DNA from: an uncultured Collinsella sp.
GTDB taxonomy: Bacteria; Actinomycetota; Coriobacteriia; Coriobacteriales; Coriobacteriaceae
Reading direction: 5' to 3'
Length of the DNA stretch: 64,000 nucleotides
NCBI GenBank assembly: GCA_905197595.1
Contig: CAJJZM010000001.1
Coordinates: 2,592-66,591 of the forward strand
In this document: piece after piece, positions 19,581-29,332 of the stretch
Numbering within the stretch: position 1 is the first letter of the stretch
How the letters are laid out: every line of letters starts with the position of its first letter
Translations under genes and position numbers: made by a program
The notes under the pieces: generated by a model
Database searches by the model: none
What the model was told of the DNA's origin: nothing
Seen by the model: only the letters and a program-made list of their open reading frames with translations

Positions 19581-20444
19581 CTAGCTGTATTGCTTGTCTC
19601 CCATGAGATTCTTCGAGATGATCCTGTTAAACTCTACCGGGTCATCCCAGCAAGAGGTCAGGAAGAGGAACAGCAGCTCGATGACGAAGTTGATCGAGCT
19701 GTGCGAGAAGGCGATCTCGGTTCCGGTGATGGCCTGATCTCGCGAGATGGCTCGGATGATATGCGTGGCACGCTTCGCGAGCGGCGTATCCGGGTTGTCT
19801 GTGATCATGATGATGGGGGTGTTCGAATCCTCGGCAGAGTCGAATATGTTGACGAGGCGCTTCGAGTATCCGGACGTCGAAATGACGAGCAGAACGTCAT
19901 TCTCCTTGAGGCTGGTTGCGACGGAGACCATGGCTTCGGTGGTACTGGGGCAAAACGCTCTGACTCCAACCTGCGAGAGCTTGAACGCCGCGTTTACGCC
20001 CATGTTAATCGAGTTGCCGACGCCCGCGATCAGGACGAGGTTGGCGTTGTGGAGCAGATTGACGACTGCCGAAAAGTCATCGGAGTCAATGAGCGAGGCG
20101 GTTTGGGAGAGCTCCTTGACCTTGTGAGACAGGACGTACTTGATGGAGCCCTCGACGTCGTCCAGAGTAATCCTGCCGTCCGTGGCCTTTTCTTCGCCGG
20201 ATGCCCTGCTGATGGATATGCCGAGCGCCAGACGCATGTCCGAATAGGTTCGGTAGTCAAGCGTCCTTGCGAATCTCGAAACAGACGCCGGTGACGTACC
20301 GGTTTCTGCGGCGAGTTCGCGGACGGTCATCGTTGCGACATCCGACGGGTGGTCGAGCACATACGTTGCGATTGCCTTCTCCGAGGGGGATAGGCTGCTC
20401 ATGACCGCGCAGATGTGGCTGAGCACATCCCCTGTCTTATCCAT
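19581..20444 (-). CDS. MurR/RpiR family transcriptional regulator
   Basis: LSPSEKAIA..TVRELA..TSPASVSRF HTH followed by an SIS domain (ISTSG). Confidence 0.92.
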   Translation of the reverse strand: MDKTGDVLSHICAVMSSLSPSEKAIATYVLDHPSDVATMTVRELAAETGTSPASVSRFARTLDYRTYSDMRLALGISISRASGEEKATDGRITLDDVEGSIKYVLSHKVKELSQTASLIDSDDFSAVVNLLHNANLVLIAGVGNSINMGVNAAFKLSQVGVRAFCPSTTEAMVSVATSLKENDVLLVISTSGYSKRLVNIFDSAEDSNTPIIMITDNPDTPLAKRATHIIRAISRDQAITGTEIAFSHSSINFVIELLFLFLTSCWDDPVEFNRIISKNLMGDKQYS

Positions 20445-20490
20445 GGTTACTCCTTGGTCCTAGCTTGCTTTGTATCTTAGGTCAAGAGAG

Positions 20491-20660
20491 GTGAAAAATA
20501 AGCAAAATGTTTCATCAGCGGTGAAATAGCGTTTCACCGCTGATTTCCTACCGTTCACGGTAAATCGGTACTTCCTCGGCGCAATCTCAGCTTGAGCTGC
20601 TATCTTATGAGCCGTGAAACAACGGCACGAAAACGATGAAACAACAGAACATTGTTTCAA
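20491..20660. promoter_or_regulatory. Divergent promoter region with TGAAA..TTTCA palindromes (candidate RpiR operators)
   Basis: ATCAGCGGTGAAA-tagcg-TTTCACCGCTGAT at 20514-20544; TGAAACA...TGTTTCA near 20637-20659. Confidence 0.55.
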
Positions 20661-20744
20661 CGCCTCGCAACTCCGTTTCACGCTAGATGGTGAATCACTT
20701 CGAAGCCCAGACAGGCACCCGGCGAGCAAGAAGGGAGAAGCACG

Positions 20745-21947
20745 ATGCACAACGCCAAGACAAACGCAAGCATGACTTCGCTGTTCTTCGCGAACGTACT
20801 CTACTGGGTCTGCGCGGGCGTGTACTCGCCGTTTCTCTCCGCTCACTACACGAGCCTCGGCCTCAGCGCGGCCCAGACCGGCATTCTCCTCGCGGCGACC
20901 CCGGTGTGTGCGCTCGCCATCCAGCCGCTCTGGTCGACGATCGCCGACAAGCTCGGGCGCCGCCGCGCGGTCATCGTGGCCCTCTGCCTTGCGGCGGCGG
21001 TACTCGCTCCGCTGTATTACCTGGCGTCGACGTTCGTCCCGGTCCTTCTCGTAACCTTTGCATTCTCGGCGTTTTTCTCGGGGCTCCTGCCCCTGAGCGA
21101 CTCCCTCGTCATCGAGCTCGCGGATCGCTCTGGCCTGGACTTTTCTCGCATTCGCATGGGTGGCACTATCGGCTATGCCATCGTCGTCCTGATCGTCGGT
21201 CGGCTGCTCGACATGGCTCCTCAAATCCAGTTCACGGTGGTCTCCGCCGCGCTGGTGGTCTTCGCGGCTCACATGTGGCGCCTCCCCGAGGCGGGAATTC
21301 GCGCCAATGCCGCGGACGATCCCAAGGTCTCCCACGGAAAGGGCCTCCTCTCGCTGTTCACCAGCAATGAGATCGCCTTCGTCTTGGTCTTCGCCTTCAT
21401 CAGTTCGGCCGCGATTGGCTTCATCGGGGCGTTCTTGGGCCGCTACGCGGTCGAGCTTGGCGAGGGTCAGAACCTCGTGGGCGTCCTGAGTGCGGTCTCC
21501 GCTGCGAGCGAGATCCCCATCCTGCTCGTTTCCTCCAAGCTGGTCAGGCGCTTCGGCGAGATGAACCTCCTGATCTTTTCCTGCTTCATGGCGGCGCTCA
21601 GGCTCGTGCTTGTGGGCACCGGCATCGTCCCGGTCATGGTCTGCGGCCAGCTGCTGCAGAGCGTGAGTTACATGACCGTCTACTACTCCTGCGTTACCTA
21701 CATTGCCAACCACACTTACGAGGATTGTCGCGCTCGAGGTCAGAGCGCCTTCGCGATGGTCCAGAGCGGTCTGTCCGTCGTGGTTGCGAACCTGTTTGGC
21801 GGTTGGGCGTGCGATGCGCTCGGCACGCACGCGGGTTTCCTGGCCTTCGCCCTCGCTTCAACGATTGCTGCAGTCGCTGCTCTTGTGGCGTACGTGCTAT
21901 GGCGTCGAAGCGCGGCGCCGCAGCCTGAGGGCCAGGCGGCCGCATAG
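20745..21947 (+). CDS. MFS transporter (LacY/nucleoside-symporter-like clan)
   Basis: 12-TM pattern; QPLWSTIADK, FSRIRMGGTIGY and SEIP motifs. Confidence 0.85.
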   Translation: MHNAKTNASMTSLFFANVLYWVCAGVYSPFLSAHYTSLGLSAAQTGILLAATPVCALAIQPLWSTIADKLGRRRAVIVALCLAAAVLAPLYYLASTFVPVLLVTFAFSAFFSGLLPLSDSLVIELADRSGLDFSRIRMGGTIGYAIVVLIVGRLLDMAPQIQFTVVSAALVVFAAHMWRLPEAGIRANAADDPKVSHGKGLLSLFTSNEIAFVLVFAFISSAAIGFIGAFLGRYAVELGEGQNLVGVLSAVSAASEIPILLVSSKLVRRFGEMNLLIFSCFMAALRLVLVGTGIVPVMVCGQLLQSVSYMTVYYSCVTYIANHTYEDCRARGQSAFAMVQSGLSVVVANLFGGWACDALGTHAGFLAFALASTIAAVAALVAYVLWRRSAAPQPEGQAAA

Positions 21948-22061
21948 GCTCCACCGCGCCTCGCAAGCGCCTGCCTGCCTCGCGCTTCGCTTCGTGTTCA
22001 ACCAGCTGACGAGCTGAGAACTGTCCGATCCAATGATTATTCAGGTGAAAGGAAGACAAAG

Positions 22062-22916
22062 ATGTCACTCATCAAGGTCAACGAGCTTCTTCAACATGCG
22101 ACCGAGCACCACTATGGCGTGCCCGCGATTAACGTCATCAATACGGAGACCATCCGTTATGCGATCCAGGCCGCCGAGGATGAGCACATGCCCATCATCA
22201 TCCAGTACTGGCCTGGCTTCGAGGACCACTGCGCCCTCGACATCATCGCCTTCGCCGCCCGCTATTACGCCGAGTGCGCGAGCGTGCCCGTCGCCGTCCA
22301 CCAGGATCACTCCGCTGGTTACGAGATCGCCGTCAAGGGCGTCAAGGCCGGCTTCCCATCCGTCATGGTCGACGGCTCCTCACTTCCCTATGAGGAGAAC
22401 TTCCAGCTCACGAAGGACGTCGTCCAGGTCGCCAAGATCTTCGACGTCGACATCGAGGCCGAGCTCGGCCATGTCGGCAACGGCTCTGACGCCAACGACT
22501 TCGTGAACAGCGACCACTACACCGACCCGAACCTCGCCGAGGAGTTTGTCGAGGGCACCGGTTGCGGCTCGCTCGCCATCGCCGTCGGCAATGCCCACGG
22601 CCCCTATGTCAAGGTCCCGAACCTCGACATGGAGCGCATCAAGGCCTGCAGGGAGGCCGTCAGCGTCCCCCTCGTCATGCACGGATGCTCCGACATCCCC
22701 GACGAGCAGCTCCAGGAGGCCGTGAACCTCGGCATGAGTAAGTTCAACATCGCCACGGAGTACTTCCGTTCCATGTACCGCGCCTTCGAGAAGGACATCA
22801 ACTCCGGTAAGAACGACGGCAACGGCATAGGCCTCCTGATGGACGCCGCCCCCGACATGCGCGCGTTCGTCGTCAGCAAGATCCAGCTTCTGAACCCCAA
22901 CCACTATTCGCTCTAG
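22062..22916 (+). CDS. Class II fructose/tagatose-bisphosphate aldolase family protein
   Basis: HQDH, SVMVDGS, EAELGHVG, AVGNAHG, PLVMHG and KFNIATE motifs. Confidence 0.93.
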   Translation: MSLIKVNELLQHATEHHYGVPAINVINTETIRYAIQAAEDEHMPIIIQYWPGFEDHCALDIIAFAARYYAECASVPVAVHQDHSAGYEIAVKGVKAGFPSVMVDGSSLPYEENFQLTKDVVQVAKIFDVDIEAELGHVGNGSDANDFVNSDHYTDPNLAEEFVEGTGCGSLAIAVGNAHGPYVKVPNLDMERIKACREAVSVPLVMHGCSDIPDEQLQEAVNLGMSKFNIATEYFRSMYRAFEKDINSGKNDGNGIGLLMDAAPDMRAFVVSKIQLLNPNHYSL

Positions 22917-22926
22917 GAGAGACTCG

Positions 22927-23355
22927 ATGAAGAAAGTTCTTGTCGCGTCGCACGGCCACCTCGCAAGCGGAATCAGGAGCTCGATCGGAATCCTGACCGG
23001 CATGGCGGACATGGTGGAGGCAGTTGACTGCTACGTGGACGACTCCGATTTCACCCCTCGCATCCAGGCCTTTATTGACTCGGTGGGCCCTGAGGACGAG
23101 GCCATCATCTTCACCGACATCTACGGTGGTTCCGTCTTCCAGAAGGTCGTCCTTATGGAGCCGGAGAAGCGCGGGATCGTCCACGTCACCGGTATGAACC
23201 TCGGCCTCGTGATCGAGACACTCCTCGGCGCCGAGCCGGTCACGGCAGATTCGATCAAGCAGAGCGTCGAGCTGGCGAGGGCGACGATGCAGGTCGTCGA
23301 GCCTCCGAGCAAGGCCGCGGACAACGAGGAGTCCGAGGGAGACTTCTTTGATTAG
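22927..23355 (+). CDS. Mannose-family PTS EIIA
   Basis: VASHG, TDIYGGSV and TGMNL motifs. Confidence 0.92.
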   Translation: MKKVLVASHGHLASGIRSSIGILTGMADMVEAVDCYVDDSDFTPRIQAFIDSVGPEDEAIIFTDIYGGSVFQKVVLMEPEKRGIVHVTGMNLGLVIETLLGAEPVTADSIKQSVELARATMQVVEPPSKAADNEESEGDFFD

Positions 23356-23384
23356 AGAGTACTAACAAGTAGAGAGAGGAAGCA

Positions 23385-23888
23385 ATGATTGTTCAGGTTC
23401 GAGTCGATGACCGTCTGATTCACGGACAGGTCGCCCTGGTGTGGACCAAGGAGCTCAACACCACCAGGATCATCGTCGCCAACAAGCACGCCGTGGAGAG
23501 CGACGCCCTTCGCATGACGCTTTCCATGGGTACGCCGGCGGGCCAGAAACTCCTCGTCAAGGACGTTCCGGATGCCTGCCGCATCGCGAACGATCCGCGC
23601 GCGGACTCCATGCGCATCTTCGCGCTCACCAACTGCGTGCGTGACGTGCTTGAGCTCGTTAAGGGCGCGCCGGGCAAGATTGAGGGCGTGAACGTTGCCA
23701 ACGTCGGCCGCTTCGACAAGTCCGATCCGGATAGCAAGGTCGCCCTCAACTCCACGATCATGCTCAACCCGGATGAGCTCGAGGCCGCGAAGGAGCTTTG
23801 CGAGCAGGGTATTCCGGTTTTCCATCAGCTTATCCCGTCCAATCCCAAGACTCCTCTCAAGAGTCTGATCGAGGCGGCGGGGAAATAA
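23385..23888 (+). CDS. Mannose-family PTS EIIB
   Basis: RVDDRLIHGQV..W motif. Confidence 0.95.
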   Translation: MIVQVRVDDRLIHGQVALVWTKELNTTRIIVANKHAVESDALRMTLSMGTPAGQKLLVKDVPDACRIANDPRADSMRIFALTNCVRDVLELVKGAPGKIEGVNVANVGRFDKSDPDSKVALNSTIMLNPDELEAAKELCEQGIPVFHQLIPSNPKTPLKSLIEAAGK

Positions 23889-23934
23889 GGGGATTTGGCC
23901 AGGCGGCCAAATGAAATGAAAGAAAGGAAGTCAA

Positions 23935-24747
23935 ATGGTTGGGTTGGCAATAATGGCCTGGTTGACCGTGCTGATTTGCTACGGCGGCAACTGGGTTCTC
24001 GGTCAGTGCATGATCGAGCGTCCTCTCGTGGTAGGTCTCGTTGCGGGCCTCCTGATGGGCGACGTCAAGACCGGTGTCATCATCGGTGCCTCTCTCGAGG
24101 CGATCTTCATGGGCGCGGTTAACATTGGTGGCGCTATCTCCGCCGAGCCTGTTACCGCGACCGCCCTCGCCGTCGCCTTCACCGTTGGCGCTGGTATCGA
24201 CCAGGGTGCCGCCATCACACTGGCCGTTCCCGTGGGCGTCGTCACCGCATTTCTCTCGATCTTCATGAACAACGTGTTCCTCGCGTTCTTCGCAGCCACC
24301 TTTGACAAGATGGCCGCCGAGGGCAACGAGAAGGGCCTCGCGCTTCAGCACTTCGTTCTCTGGTTCGTTAAGTACGCCGCCTTTGGCCTCATCGCCTTCC
24401 TCGGCGTTTACCTTGGCGCCGAGCCCGTTGCCGCCATTGTCAACCAGATTCCGGCCAATGTCATGAGCGGCCTCAACGCCGTGGGTGCCCTCCTGCCCGC
24501 CGTTGGTATGGCGCTCCTGCTCCAGATGCTGTGGAGCACCGAGCTCAGCATCTACTTCTTCTTGGGCTTTACGCTCTACCAGTACCTCGGCCTCCCGATG
24601 ATCGCCATCGCAGTTCTCGGTGTCATCATCGCGGTTGCCTCCGCCCTCCGCGACAAGGAGATCTTCGATCTCACCAAGAAGGGAGTGGCCACCCAGGCCG
24701 TTTCCGGCGACTCTGTAACCAGCGACGAGGAGGATTTCTTCGCATGA
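23935..24747 (+). CDS. Mannose-family PTS EIIC
   Basis: RPLVVG..GLLMGD..G..IGASLE and LLPAVGMALLL motifs. Confidence 0.93.
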   Translation: MVGLAIMAWLTVLICYGGNWVLGQCMIERPLVVGLVAGLLMGDVKTGVIIGASLEAIFMGAVNIGGAISAEPVTATALAVAFTVGAGIDQGAAITLAVPVGVVTAFLSIFMNNVFLAFFAATFDKMAAEGNEKGLALQHFVLWFVKYAAFGLIAFLGVYLGAEPVAAIVNQIPANVMSGLNAVGALLPAVGMALLLQMLWSTELSIYFFLGFTLYQYLGLPMIAIAVLGVIIAVASALRDKEIFDLTKKGVATQAVSGDSVTSDEEDFFA

Positions 24748-25580
24748 GCAACCTGACCAAGAATGTGAGCCCTGAAGACAAGAAGATGCTCAACAGCATT
24801 TTCCTGCGCTCCTTCTCCGTGTTCGCTTCCTGCGCCGGCGGTTCCGTCAAGGCTGGCGCCGACGGCTGGCTGTACTCCGTCCAGCCCGCGCTTAACCGCT
24901 ACTACGCCGATGACCCCGAGGCTCGTGCCGACGCCATGAAGCGTCACACGACTTGGTACAACATTACCCAGAACGTCGGCACGTTCGCCATGGGCCTCGT
25001 CGCCTCCATGGAGAGGGAGAACTCGCAGCACGAAGACTTCGACACCGAGTCCATCGACGGTATCAAGGTCTCCCTGATGGGCCCGATGTCCGGCATCGGC
25101 GACGCAATCTTCTGGGGCGTCCTGCGTGTTATCGCCGCCGGCATCGGCATTAACCTCGCCATGAGCGGCTCGCCCCTCGGCGCGATCATGTTCCTGCTGA
25201 TCTACAACATCCCGTCGATCCTCTGCCGATACTTCATGACCTACCTCGGCTTCAGCATGGGCACCAACTTCATCTCCGAGATGTACGAGGGTGGTCTCAT
25301 GAAGCTCATCACCAAGGCGACCTCCACGATCGGCCTGGTGATGATCGGCGCCATGACCGCGGCGAACGTCCAATTCAACACGATCCTGTCCATTCCGGTT
25401 CAGGACTCCGACCCCGTCATGATCCAGACCTACCTCGACTCGATCTTCAAGGGCATCGTGCCTCTGGGACTTACGCTCGTCGTCCTCTGGCTCCTGCGCA
25501 AGAAGAACGTGAACGTCAACATCATCCTGGTCGGCATCATGGTTCTGGCGCTCGTCCTCGGCCTCGTGGGCATCGTGTAA
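24744..25580 (+). CDS. Mannose-family PTS EIID
   Basis: IKVSLMGPMSGIGDAIFW and GLVMIGAM. ATG 24744 overlaps the EIIC stop (ATGA). Confidence 0.93.
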   Translation: MSNLTKNVSPEDKKMLNSIFLRSFSVFASCAGGSVKAGADGWLYSVQPALNRYYADDPEARADAMKRHTTWYNITQNVGTFAMGLVASMERENSQHEDFDTESIDGIKVSLMGPMSGIGDAIFWGVLRVIAAGIGINLAMSGSPLGAIMFLLIYNIPSILCRYFMTYLGFSMGTNFISEMYEGGLMKLITKATSTIGLVMIGAMTAANVQFNTILSIPVQDSDPVMIQTYLDSIFKGIVPLGLTLVVLWLLRKKNVNVNIILVGIMVLALVLGLVGIV

Positions 25581-25677
25581 GGCGGTTTCCGGATCATCCG
25601 AAGCCTGTTCAAGGCAATTCCTGGCGGCACGCGATCGAGGACATTCGACGCGTGCCGCCCCATTAGAAGGAGAGAAT

Positions 25678-26622
25678 ATGCGCTACACGCACCTCAAGAA
25701 CTCCGACGTTGACGTCTCCCAGCTCGCCGTGGGCACCTGGGCGATCGGCGGCGACTCCTTTGGTGAGAACGATGACGCCGCCAGCATGTCCGCCATCCGC
25801 ACCATGCTCGATCACGGCGTCAACCTCATTGACACCGCGCCGTGCTATGGCAACGGCGCGTCCGAGAAGGTCGTCGGCAACGCGCTCAGGGGCGTCGACC
25901 GAGAGAGCTACCTGCTCTCGACCAAGGTTGGCCTGATCACCAGCGCCGCCGGCTATGACCGCGACTCTTCGTTCAAGAACATCATGAGGGAGGTCGAGAG
26001 CTCGCTGCGCAATCTCCGCACCGACTACATCGACTTCTACTTCGTGCACTGGCCCGACGCCAAGACCCCGTTCTCCGAGACGATGTGCGCCCTCCAGCTC
26101 CTCAAGGAGCAAGGCAAGATTCGCCACATCGGCGTCTCCAACTTCACGACCGAGATGATCGAGGAGTGCGAGAAGGTCGCGCAGGTCGACGTCCAGCAGC
26201 CGCCCTACTCCATGGTCGACCGCTCCTCCGAGGACCTTATCAAGTGGGGCTACGAGCGTGGCATCGACTCCTTCACCTATGGCTCCCTTGGCGCGGGCAT
26301 CCTGTCGGGCAAGTTCCGCGAGCTGCCGAAGTTCGAGGAGGGCGATGTTCGTGGCGGCTTCTACGACTACTTCCAGGAGCCCAAGTTCTCGCGCGTCCAG
26401 GAGCTGCTCAAGGTCATGGACGAGATCGCCGAGGCTCATGACAAGCCCGTGGCACAGGTCGCCGTGAACTGGAGCACCCAGAAGGAGTACGTGGGCACCG
26501 CGCTCGTTGGCGTGCGCACGGACGCCCACGCGATTCAGAACTGCGAGACGTTCGAGTGGGAGCTTTCCGCCGATGAGATGGCCAAGCTTGACGCCAAGCT
26601 TGACGAGCTGAAGATCGGCTAG
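25678..26622 (+). CDS. Aldo/keto reductase
   Basis: GTWAIGG, IDTAPCYG, STK, YFVHWP and IGVSNF motifs. Confidence 0.93.
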   Translation: MRYTHLKNSDVDVSQLAVGTWAIGGDSFGENDDAASMSAIRTMLDHGVNLIDTAPCYGNGASEKVVGNALRGVDRESYLLSTKVGLITSAAGYDRDSSFKNIMREVESSLRNLRTDYIDFYFVHWPDAKTPFSETMCALQLLKEQGKIRHIGVSNFTTEMIEECEKVAQVDVQQPPYSMVDRSSEDLIKWGYERGIDSFTYGSLGAGILSGKFRELPKFEEGDVRGGFYDYFQEPKFSRVQELLKVMDEIAEAHDKPVAQVAVNWSTQKEYVGTALVGVRTDAHAIQNCETFEWELSADEMAKLDAKLDELKIG

Positions 26623-26624
26623 CC

Positions 26625-27704
26625 ATGGGCACCGAGGAGAGGAAGTACCCCACTTCCGAGCTTGAAGTGCTTGAGCGTGGATCTAGGGAGGTCGTGGAGC
26701 CCAACGGGCTGAAGCTCCTGCTGAAGCCCGTGCCGGGAGACGAGCGCGAGCGCGTGCTCGATCCGCGCGTCTACGCGCGCGCCCATGCGAAGCTCGCCGC
26801 CGGCCCGGCGCCGGCGGGGCCGGTGGACGTGATCGCGTGGCGCTCCGCTCCCAACAAGGAGACCCATGTCGTGAGGGGCTCGAACGTCGCCAAGAAGACC
26901 GTCGTCATGAACTTTGGCGACAGGGGCATTCCCCTGCACGTCTTCACGCCCGAGGGCCACGGGTGCGGCTCCGCCGCGCTCGTGTTCATCCACGGCGGCG
27001 GCTTCATGGTGGGCAACATTGGCCAGTACGAGAACTGCCTGCGCGACATCGCGGAGCGAACGGGCTGCGTCGCGATCTACCCGGAGTACCGCTTGTCTCC
27101 CGAGACGATGTTCCCCGGTGGTGTCGAGGACTGCGTGAAGACGCTCGACTGGCTTGTCGAGCATGCGGATGAGCTGGGTGTCGACGCGACGCGGGTCGCC
27201 GTGGCTGGCGACTCCGCGGGCGGAAGCCTGACCAACGCCGTCGTCCTCGACGGGTCCCATGCGGACAGGATCAAGCTCGTGGCCGAGCTGTATCCGCTCG
27301 TCGACGGCGGCCCTGTTCCGGAGGAATGGTCCTATGACCTCTATGAGATCGTGAACGACCAGAGGGCCGAGGCTCTGAGCAGGGTGGATCGCATCCGCAA
27401 CGCCAACGACGACCTGCCAGTGATGTATACCAACGGCAATGCGGAGGAGATGCTCGACCCGAGGGTGTCTGCCCTGTTCGCGGAGGACGTGAGCGCGTTC
27501 CCCCGCACGGTCATCATCTCTTCCGAGTATGACTACCTGCGCTATCAGGACGAGCTATTCGCGAAGAGGCTGCAGGATGCGGGCGTTGACGTCACCGCGA
27601 TTCGCTATCGCGGCTGCGACCACGGCTTCTTCGAGATGTACGGCGTGATGCCTCAGGCTGAGGACGTCTGCCGCGTCATCTCCGAGGAGCTTGCGAAGAT
27701 CTAG
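26625..27704 (+). CDS. HSL-family alpha/beta-hydrolase (esterase)
   Basis: HGGGF oxyanion motif, GDSAGG nucleophile, D.L and HGF triad motifs. Confidence 0.92.
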   Translation: MGTEERKYPTSELEVLERGSREVVEPNGLKLLLKPVPGDERERVLDPRVYARAHAKLAAGPAPAGPVDVIAWRSAPNKETHVVRGSNVAKKTVVMNFGDRGIPLHVFTPEGHGCGSAALVFIHGGGFMVGNIGQYENCLRDIAERTGCVAIYPEYRLSPETMFPGGVEDCVKTLDWLVEHADELGVDATRVAVAGDSAGGSLTNAVVLDGSHADRIKLVAELYPLVDGGPVPEEWSYDLYEIVNDQRAEALSRVDRIRNANDDLPVMYTNGNAEEMLDPRVSALFAEDVSAFPRTVIISSEYDYLRYQDELFAKRLQDAGVDVTAIRYRGCDHGFFEMYGVMPQAEDVCRVISEELAKI

Positions 27705-27895
27705 GGGCTCGTCGCGGCGGCCTCCTGGACGAGTGGCGGTCCGGCGGGATGCTAGGTGCGTCCCGCCGGACCTTTGCGTTGACGGGCGCGTGCCGCTTGC
27801 CGGAGGGCGTGTGTGGGGTTCGCTTCGGCGGTGCCGGATTAACCGGGAGATGCGTTTACCGCCGCTCTTCCAAGTGAGCCCAGCAAACAAATCGC

Positions 27896-28147
27896 GAGTT
27901 GAGCCCCAAGGGCATCGACAAGGGCGTGGGCCTGGCGCGGGCGCTGGCGTATCTGGGTCGCGCTGGCAACGAGCGCACCTTTGGCTTTGGCGATTCGGGC
28001 AACGACCTGGGCATGCTCGCCGCCGTCGAGACGGCTGTCGCCATGGGCAACGCCATGCCCGAGGTCAAGGCGATCGCCGACTACGTGACCGACGACGTCG
28101 CACACGACGGCACCGTCACAGCGATGCAGCATTTTGGGTTGATTTAA
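27896..28147 (+). pseudogene. C-terminal remnant of a Cof-type HAD hydrolase
   Basis: ELSPKGIDKG...FGDSGNDLGML...AMGNA...ADYVT..V..DG. Motifs I/II are missing and there is an in-frame TGA at 27875. Confidence 0.85.
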
Positions 28148-28148
28148 T

Positions 28149-28189
28149 AAATGGCCGGGTCGCCCGCAGTGGGGGCGACCCGGCCATTT
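28149..28189. terminator. Bidirectional terminator-like hairpin between convergent genes
   Basis: AAATGGCCGGGTCGCCC-n7-GGGCGACCCGGCCATTT. Confidence 0.75.
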
Positions 28190-28192
28190 GAG

Positions 28193-28984
28193 CTATTTTG
28201 CAATATAGAGCTTGGGATGACTGCGACTGCTCTCGATCGCCGCCGTCATGATGCCCTCGTTGTCTCCATCAACGATGATGCCGTCGAGGTCATCGATCTG
28301 CGCGGACTGATAAAAACTGGTCTTGTTGAACTTTCCCTGGTCAACCATCATGTAGCCCTGGTTTGAGTTGGTAAGGTACATATGCTTGATCATGGCCGAG
28401 AAGTCGTGCTCGACGGTAAAACCGTGGTCGGGGTGGAATCCGTCAGCACTGACAAACGCCTTGTCGGCATGTAGTTTGCTCATGCAGTCGAGCGTCAGTG
28501 CGCCCGCGAGATAGAGGTGGCCCTTGCGCACGGAGCCGCCCAGCAGCACTACCGAAGCATTGGGGAGATTGAAGCTGGCGTAGTTCGCGATTGCAAGATC
28601 GCCGGTGATAATGGTGATCTCACGCTTGTCCATGAGGGCCTTAGCGAAGTAAAAGCCTGTGGTGCCGATATCAATTACCAGAACATCGCCATCATCAACA
28701 AGAGTTGCTGCGGTTGCGGCGATGGCCTCCTTGGCCTCGACTTGGACATTGATGCGCTCCTCGGGATACGAGATTGCGTTGGAGCGAGAAAGCGATACCG
28801 CTCCGCCGCGTACGCGACGCAGCTTGCCTTCGGATTCCAGCGAGATGAGGTCGTGTCGTGCGGTGACTTCCGAAACCGAAAAACGGCGAACGATGTCGGA
28901 TACCGAGATATTTGGCTTTTCGGCCAGCCAATTCATGATAAATCGCTGACGCTCGGCCGGTGAAAGGTCTGAAGTAGATGCCAT
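28193..28984 (-). CDS. DeoR/GlpR family regulator
   Basis: ERQ..I, VSEVTARHDL..LE..G..RRVRGGA, IDIGTT and DKAFVSADG. Likely start MASTS at 28984. Confidence 0.92.
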   Translation of the reverse strand: MASTSDLSPAERQRFIMNWLAEKPNISVSDIVRRFSVSEVTARHDLISLESEGKLRRVRGGAVSLSRSNAISYPEERINVQVEAKEAIAATAATLVDDGDVLVIDIGTTGFYFAKALMDKREITIITGDLAIANYASFNLPNASVVLLGGSVRKGHLYLAGALTLDCMSKLHADKAFVSADGFHPDHGFTVEHDFSAMIKHMYLTNSNQGYMMVDQGKFNKTSFYQSAQIDDLDGIIVDGDNEGIMTAAIESSRSHPKLYIAK

Positions 28985-29332
28985 ATGCCGCTCCTTTTGA
29001 ACAAAAGGTAAAAGATGCGCCTTTCGTAATCGAAATATAACGTATCGATATGAAAAGAACAAGGCAAATTCGAATGAATCAAAAGAACGGAATGGCATGT
29101 CACAAATGCATGCGTAGCAGATAGTTCGCACGTAAACGGGCTATAAAGAGTCTCATTCTGAAGGTGCCGCCCAAAAGAAGTACGTTCACGCCCGATATTC
29201 GACCGTTCACGGAAAGTTGACAATTGAGCTTTCGATAGCTTTTGAAATGGTTTATAAAAGAAAACCGAAAAGCTTTTGAAACAAAGAAGAAGGCTTTCGA
29301 TAGCAATAGTGTTAGATGAGAAAGGACCGAAC

